This document shows, piece by piece, positions 55,581 through 64,000 of a stretch of DNA of 64,000 nt; within the stretch, counting starts at the first letter, position 1; every line of letters begins with the position of its first letter. The translations under genes and the position numbers were made by a program. The notes under the pieces are model-generated. The model was given only the letters and a program-made list of their open reading frames with translations, had not been told where the DNA came from and ran no database searches. The DNA is taken from the NCBI GenBank assembly GCA_964016885.1, contig OZ024742.1, forward strand, positions 171,554,001 to 171,618,000. The letters are read 5' to 3'. Source of the stretch: Eledone cirrhosa (Eukaryota).

Positions 55581-58500
55581 GTGCACACATTCGAAACTAC
55601 TATTTCCCTACTAAACCCAGCGTTAAACTAATATATTACTTAATTGTACTGTTGTTTGCTTTGTTGTTTCCGTTTACTTTTTGCGTATATATATATGTTT
55701 TCCGTGTGTCTGTGTGTGTATGTAAGTACGCGTGTATGTGTGTTTTCCATTTTCATCTCTTTATGTCCCGTAACTTTGATGTTCGTCAAAGGACATCGTA
55801 CAAAGAAATGCCAGTCATAAAAGTACTGGGATCGATATGATTGAGTAAATAAAAAATATACCCACAATCAGAAATCAGAAAAGGAACAACAGATTTATCA
55901 TAGTTACATTCAGATAAAATCTAACTCATCCTGTCAACTTTTCTCTGTTCTTTTCAATCTTCCACCATCCTTCTTTACGCGGACCTCTTTACTTCATATT
56001 TATATGTTAGCTTAGTCTGCTAAAAACATGAGCGAAGCCACACCGAAATATTAGAAATATATGAAGCAAGCGTTGAACAGTAGTTCTAAATAAACGAGAA
56101 GGCAAAATGACCATGCTACTGAAAACATGCGAAATTGAAAAGGCAGTTACTATAGAGTAATAACGGATGATATCAGTAATTCGTACGAGAAATCCAATTG
56201 GAATACACTAGTTAATATCTACACCCACAATAAAGCGTGTACGAAAATTGAAATCAACTTGTTAGGGCGTCACTACTTTAGATCAATCATAACTGTTTTC
56301 TTTGAAAATCAATTTCGACCTAAAAGCCTCACTTTGATTGATAAACCACATTGGGAAAAAGATATCGGAAAAATTATCAAATCCATACGTTCCACCATAA
56401 TGTTTAACTTTATGGCGAAAAACACATGAATAAAATAGCTTAAATGTAGCTCTCATTAATAATAATACTACATTCCTTTAATTTGATATTAAACTGCGCT
56501 AACTGTCTATCACTTTTCTTCTCCGAGCTAAAGTCATTAAAGTCGATAAATCTATGACCAACATTAAATAATCAATCATCGACGTAATAATCCATGCACG
56601 AAAAAAACCTTTAAAATGAATTATTGATAGAAAATATTACGAAATATTCCGTTCGATATAAACATTCGCATGAACGACTCGATAGAAATTCGTCATCTTA
56701 TCGGCCTAGTGTTGCTACATGTCTTCAAAATGTAATTTATGGTATGCAGTTTATACCAATATGATGGTGGCTTCCCTTTGCATATGTGCAATCCAAAAGC
56801 AGGAGTGAAATTGTGAGAAAATGTACGCCCTGTGTTCGAGGAATTTCAAAATCGCATTATGTTGAAGCCTCTCTAAACAAAAGCAACTTGTGGGATGAAA
56901 ACCCTTACCTTGCTGCACCCATTCATTGCGTCTTTCGAAACAAAATAAAACCTGAGCGTACAATCTCTTGAATCACCCTAAGGATAATATTAATAGCTTA
57001 GAATATGTAGAATTACCTCTTTAGTGAGCTAATGCTCACTGAAATTACTATATAAGGTGCAGAAGCATTAATTAGAAATAGGATCAAAGAAGGTGACTTA
57101 TCTTTATCTTGCATTTCATGTCATTTATGCACTTACATTTATGAATTAAAAACACAATATCAGAAGGTTTAACCATCAGGTGAAATTATAGTTGCTTCAT
57201 TGGCTAGATTCTCAGGTAATTTATTTACAAAGTATGTCCAACATTGCACTATACATTATAAACGTTTTATTAAGAATATCATATCATAGATTTGCACAAA
57301 CCTAGCTTCCACTAATTCACAGAAGTTCAATTCGTCCTCTCCTTGTAAATGTAACAACAATCGAAGGCTGGACATTAATTGCAACGCATGAACATTAGCG
57401 ATTGCTCTTGAAACAAATCAGCTTTTTTTTATTTCCTTTAATTGGTTTATCTTATAAAAGAATTGTATACCTTCCATTGGTGGGAGAAACAGCACTACGA
57501 TAAAATAGAAATATGCACCTAACCCACGCAAATTTAAAATTACGGTATACAAACAAATCCTACACATTTGCGTCTCTAACAGAATTTTTGGAGTATACAC
57601 ACAATTAAATTGGAAGGTAAGAATATTGTCTAAGCCCTCAAATGCAGCATATACACAAATGGTAAGCCACACATCCCTAACAGAAAACGTAATCTATGAA
57701 CGATGGAAAAGGTTGCCATCATCTATACCAAATACTCAACATACTAATATTATCTAATGTAGTAGTGGATAGATTTTGGACTGTAATTATACCAGTTTGT
57801 ATAGATTTAGTGTTCATACGCGGTTGTGTTTATTTAATACAGATGTCCTTGCTGTATAGCAGAACATTTAATTTATTAGGTTGTATACCTAATATTAATT
57901 TATTAGGTTTTATACCTAATATAGACTCTTTTACTCGCTGACGACATTCTGGTGTCATTCTTACACCTAAAGGATAGTGATAATCCCATTTTACTTATAA
58001 CAGGCTTTAAACATTTAATCCGTAGTAAGCCATCCTGAATTTTCTTTTGTATATAATTCCTCTCTCTCCATTTAAATTATCTTACTTCATTGCATTTGAT
58101 ACATCTATCCAGCACATTCTATTAAACACTATGTATGATCAATTTATAGGTTTTCAACAATAACATCTGAATATCCATTTATTACTTAGAGACACTTTAT
58201 TTTTCTACTTCAATTCCTTAAGATATTCACCCTCCCCATTCATTATTCTCAACAGCTTATTAAATTTTCTGAATATCTAAACACGTTCACCGTCTATTCT
58301 CTAGTATACCAATTTTCCATCTATTTCATATGTTTTATAAAGTCTACTTCTTTATAAATATTGTTTTATTTATTCGAAATTTTTACTTTTCATAATTCAC
58401 AATTTTAGATATATTCTTTTTTGGGGGGTGGGGGGTGTCAAGTGGGGGGGGGGGGCGCTAGAGGGGGTTGAATAGTAAATAATTTAATATTTCTATAATT

Positions 58501-58944
58501 TATCCATTTAGTGCTTTAAATAGCACCTCTTGTTATATCATTATTTTGTTTAACAACAATTTTTGGTAGCTCAAAATATTATGCAAAATACCTCTGATAT
58601 TTCATCTTAATATTCCAACCCATTATTCACAAACGCATTCATTGAAATTAAGATTTTTCTTCTTTTTCATCTTATTTCTTCTTAGGTCTACCTTATATAT
58701 TTTCTATATTTTCTTATATTTTCATTCATATTCCTCTACTACATTCCTTTTGATATTTTCATTTAATATGGAAACCTGTAAACTTCTATCCCTTCTATCT
58801 CCATTTTCAGATCAATTGCTTTCTGCTGAATATTTTAATATTTCCTATTTATCATAACGTTTAACTATTAAATACATATATTCTTTTATTCCTTTCAATA
58901 GAAGATCAGATCTATATTTATTTGTTACATACAAACAGACACTT

Positions 58945-59005
<61 letters not shown>

Positions 59006-59299
59006 GGGAGCGTGTCTGTATGTGTGTGCGTGTGTGTGTGTGTTTGAATATATATGTATATATACATTCATACATAATACAAAATGTCCATACATATTCT
59101 ATATTAATAAAGTTTGACAACTATAGTGTATTCATTTGTAGGCATTCTAATCTATACGTGTCATTCTTGAACATATATACAATTAATCGACTTATTTTTA
59201 GAGCAAACGTCGTACACGAATAGTAACTTTGATTATGCCAATTCAATACTAAACACTTTCCCAAACTTGTGAACAATCCTGGCTAGTATTATTATATTT

Positions 59300-59870
59300 G
59301 GTGGATTGGCAGTATCGGTAGAATGTCGGACGCCATTCTTTCCACCATAATTACGTCCCTTTACGGACTGAGTTCAAATGCCGCCGAGGTTTACTTTGCC
59401 TCTCATCCTTACGGGGTCGATAAAATAAAGTACCAGTAATGCACTGGATAATTGCTGGCCTTGTGCCTAAAGTAGAAACAATTATTATATTTTATAATAC
59501 TGTTGTCATTATATACGTTATTATTAGTGCAGTGGCTTGGCAGAATCATTAGTGCGTTTAACGAAATGGTTGTTCTTTGCATCCTGAGTTCAAATCCTGC
59601 TAAGGTCAACTTTGGCTTTCATCCGTCCAGGGACGATAGAATAAGGAACCGGTACTGGGGTCCATATAATCGACTTTTCTCAACCTTCCCATTGTTGGCT
59701 TTGTGTCTTTTATTGCTACGAATTGAGTAATGGATTGGTAGAATTGCTGAAAGGTAATTGTCAAATATATGTACGGTGATTAATCCATCTCTTTACATTT
59801 TGAGTTCGAGTACCACTGAGATCAGTTTTGATTCTCATTCTTGTGAGACAAATACAATAAAGTACCAGTA
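59300..59870 (+). mobile_element. Cluster of three SINE family 1 copies (59300-59485 young; 59530-59720 and 59730-59870 diverged)
   Basis: Repeated GAGTTC.A.T.C..C..AG.T...TTTG..T.TCAT.C...ATAA...A.TACC pattern. Confidence 0.75.
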
Positions 59871-60390
59871 AAATGCTGCTCAATTGCTTGATTCATGTCG
59901 TATATGGGAGGCATTCCTCTTATGAATATTAAAACAGTCTTATTATATTCATTATCATGACTGACATTCTTGAGAATATCTCAATAAAATTAGAAAAATC
60001 TACGTTTGAATTTAATCCTTAGTATTAAGTTCGTTGTTGTACTTTATCTGCTATACTTTTAATTTCCGTTTCCCTTTCATTCTGTAATATTCGAACTTGA
60101 ATATCACTGCCGGGAATATTCCTTTTTGGGACGCTCTGTCTTATTTATCCTCTTCCCGTCCCTATCAATCTGTGTCTCTTTATCTCTTTCTGTTTTATTT
60201 CACATATGCTCTCTCTCCCCTTTCTACTTCTTAATTACCCACTTTCCAAAGTCCTTTTCCTAGATAAATATTAGTGCTATTTTTTCCTTTAAGTCTATTA
60301 TATTTTAGCAGCCATTCGAGTAGATTTCAGAAGCTAAACATAGTACAGCATGTAAACAAATTATACAATATATATATATATATATATATA

Positions 60391-60579
60391 TCACAGCTTC
60401 AATCATCACATCGATCGTGCCTCGAGCTGGGCGCCAGAGAAACGATTGTAATATGTCCAATAAATTCCATTCGTCGCAACTTTGATTCTCTTTTTTTCTG
60501 TGATATCATACTCTGCTCTGTGAGAGCATCGAGTGCTCATGCAGCCTACCGCATACAGACGCTTTAAGCATCCAACACC

Positions 60580-60585
<6 letters not shown>
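60391..60585 (+). mobile_element. (TA)n-flanked PLE-terminus-like fragment with the 3' half of an HHR
   Basis: GAAACGATTGTA at 60439-60450 and GAGTGCT about 50 nt before the TA-abutting end. Confidence 0.45.
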
Positions 60586-60641
<56 letters not shown>

Positions 60642-61927
60642 TGAAATATTTTCTACTGAGTGTGGTTCAGGGCAAGGTAAGCAGAGTGAGCTATAGGGAG
60701 CTAGGGGGAAGAAGCTAGAATAAAATACGATAATCGAGATAAGACCAGTTTAAAAACGGTACACGTTTTGTGTTTTATTGTTCGTTTAGATGAAGGCAGA
60801 GGTGTAGTAAGAGACGTGTGAGAGAGCTAATGTTAGGTGTAAAGTTAGGGTTAGGATTATGTCCAGTATAAGTATACTTACTGTGAATGGTCACATGGCT
60901 ATACTAATTCTAATGTTATCCTTAATTATAATTTTAAACGCTCAAACCAAACAACCAACTATATATACACACATGTTGTTTGAGGTACAGCAACGAAGTC
61001 ATATATATATATATTTACATACATACACACACATATACACGCACACACACACACAAACACACACACGCACACATATATATATATATATATGGATATATAT
61101 ATATATGACACATCAGAACGTCCGCTTAGTTAATTCCAAGAGTGAAACGTATGTATAAATATAAAATTGCCTAATACATCTTTAGGAAACAGAATATGAT
61201 ACAGAAGATAAAGAGAGAGTTGTCTGCGTTTGACAATTAAATAACTGGGTCATGAGTGATTGATATTCCAGGAACAAACCATTTAAATGATGTCTAGCGC
61301 TTTTTTGATTACATCTGAAATAAAAGTAAGACGAATCAAATTTCCTTTAGTTTTAATACACATTAACAGGAATATACGGGACGGATGCACTGCCAAAATT
61401 GAATACATATAATACATTACATTACTCTTCTACTGAAGAAATACCCTTCGATTCTCGACTGGCATTTAAATTTACGATGAGAGATTGCACATTTTTATTT
61501 TTTTTTATTTTTTATATATTACTTAGCAATAAAATCTGGCGATGTCTGTATGTAAAGACGTCGGATAAGTTCCATCAATATTCCCGAGAATTAAGTATTG
61601 ATTTCTCGCCAAATTTCGTGAGATTGCACCTGGAAGGTTTCCATTAAATTCTTCAGGAAGTTTAAGCTTCTTGATAATTGTTACATAGACATTAAAGATG
61701 TTATATGTTATGTGTGGTACATCGAAGGCTGTCAATCAAGATATATATTCTCCTCACCACAGTATTTCTTTTGTAAAATAAAACGATATATAAACAAAGC
61801 CGATGTAAACTATTATTGTATTTTATTTTCATCAGTCTTGTTCATTCTAGCGTATGAACATTCCTCATTTGCCAGATAAAAGTAAAATATTCTTACGTAT
61901 TTGTATATATATAGATATATATATATA

Positions 61928-62400
61928 GTGACGAAACATAAGTCAATTGCATGAACTCATAATCCTTTATTTACTGCTATATATATTTTGATGATAGCCA
62001 TTGAATGGCTATGACCTCATCAGGCAGTTAGTCAGTTCTTAGATATGCCAGCTCTGTATTTATAGTGTTGATGGTATCAGAACCTTGGGACATATGAGCT
62101 TGTTAGGAATAATTTAATATTGTCAGCAGGAATAGTCTTAATTTTCATTGGTCAGTTTTTAGATGATAGTAGGGTTGGTATTTTACCTCAAAGAGGCAGG
62201 TGGTGTTGTAAAGTTCAAACCGTCAGGCAAGATGACAATAGTTCCATATGACTGATTTTCACAAAAAACATTCCTGGTCAGATGTATATTCAATTAAGGT
62301 TAATAGTATGAAATAGATACTACAGGTCATTCTTAAATTGAGGAATTTATGTGGAGTGGTGCTACTGAAAATTATGGTTAGAGTAGAAAATTTACAAATA
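61928..62400 (-). mobile_element. PLE 3' end (endonuclease tail + UTR) with hammerhead at 61973-62028
   Basis: Minus strand: GTIVILPDGLN (cf. P.GLN terminus), then ACTGC-CTGATGA-GGTCATAGCCAT(TCA)ATGGCTATCATC-AAAA-TATATA-TA-GCAGT (G12>A); ends at (TA)n. Confidence 0.6.
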
Positions 62401-62715
62401 AAAAGAGTTATGTAGGTTGGCTTGCACGTACACTTACACCCACCTCCACAGACACACACACACATTCACACATACAAATTGAGGTGGTAATACTGTGGGG
62501 TGGTAATAATACTGAGGTGGTAATAATGTGGGGTGGTAATACTTAAAATAATGGTTATAGTCAAATACTTAGATAGTTTAGAAAATTTAGAAATAAAAGG
62601 CTTATGTTGGTTGACTTGTACATACACTCACACCTACCCCATCTGACACACACACACATATACACACACAAATCCATACAGGTGTGTATATATATATATA
62701 TGTACGCACAAGTAT

Positions 62716-62766
<51 letters not shown>

Positions 62767-62959
62767 ATAAAGAGAGAAACACATAGACATATACATATAT
62801 GTGTTCAAATCATAAGGGACCAAATTCGCTTATGATTTGAACACGTATACCCCTATTTATCTCTCTTTATTATATTAAACTATATTATACGGCTCGTAAA
62901 CATTTTTCCTTGAGCTATTCTGAGTTTCTAACTCAATATACACTTTTGATAAATATATA

Positions 62960-63035
<76 letters not shown>

Positions 63036-63596
63036 ATACACTTTTGATATATATATATATATATATATATTAATTAAAATAACAGATTAAAGTTTAAGCA
63101 AAGAATCGCTTTGCTTCAACTTGAATCTCTTATTTTAATAAATATTTGCTCTACGGTTCTTATATATTTACCCTTATCGAGCCCCCTTTGGATTTTAGTC
63201 TTCAAATTTATTATTATTACTATATATATATATAGTGCAATGACATCGATGATAAAGACACATAAGAGACTAAGACACACAAAAAACAAAACATACTTCT
63301 TCAGCAACCATCTCTAGGTTACATAAAAATTCCATTTCGATTGTTATACAACATGGCTTTTACGTAACCTATAATCGGTGGGTGAAAAAGCGAGCATAGA
63401 TTTCTGTGTGTCTGACTCCCTTACTTATTCTGCTTTTGCTCATCATTCTATATTTCATTCATTGAAAACGCACACATATATATGTGTGTGTGCATGTGTC
63501 TATGCGTGTATCTATAAATATATATGTATATATATATATATATATATACATATTTGTGTATGTGTTTATATATATATATATATATATACATATATG

Positions 63597-63628
<32 letters not shown>

Positions 63629-63899
63629 TATATATATATATACCACTATTTCCTTTATTCCATCCACATGAAGATCACATCACATACATGTGTGGCCTCT
63701 CAACCACCAGGTTTCAGGAACTTCACAATACATTAATTTCTTTTATCAATGAAACCTTTTGCCAGAACTGGAATTGTAATTTCCTTTAATGTAAGCAATC
63801 TCCTCACCCCGGGTGGATAAATCTTTCGCCTTGTACTAAACATTTTTAACATTAAGACGAAAAGAATGGGGTTGATCATTCTAATCTGATCTAGGAAAT

Positions 63900-64000
63900 A
63901 ATTGTTTCTACTTTTACGCACAAGGCTAGCAATTACTCAGTGCATTACTGGTACTTTATTTTATCGACCCCCTAAGGATGAAAGGCAAAGTTAACCTCGG
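63900..64000 (-). mobile_element. SINE family 1, cut by the window end
   Basis: Reverse complement of the core and tail. Confidence 0.85.

Noticed and set aside
56750-56970. Possible Helitron Pif1 helicase remnant (KSRSEIV...VEASLNKSNLW)
   Set aside because: Only one short weak motif; needs a profile search.

Overview
AT-rich, microsatellite-saturated eukaryotic intergenic or intronic DNA. The repeat repertoire suggests an invertebrate, most likely an octopus/cephalopod (inference). No host protein-coding gene can be supported: almost all listed ORFs are translations of (TA)n/(CA)n/(GA)n tracts. The window holds decayed Penelope-like retroelements (two Naiad-type RT+GIY-YIG copies plus Naiad and Neptune-type endonuclease remnants), RTE, CR1 and R4/Dong-type LINE fragments, an internally deleted Tc1/mariner and many tRNA-derived SINEs. 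The main hidden signal is RNA-level: about a dozen type I hammerhead-ribozyme (HHR) motifs from several unrelated short repeat families, nearly all next to (TA)n/(CA)n tracts and often in fold-back (inverted) arrangements. They include a 322-bp-period, retrozyme-like unit with an intact U3-A8 core-variant hammerhead in two inverted copies (5619-6310). A circularly permuted tRNA-like unit is also present. All structures and alignments were read by eye; boundaries are approximate and no ribozyme activity has been shown.
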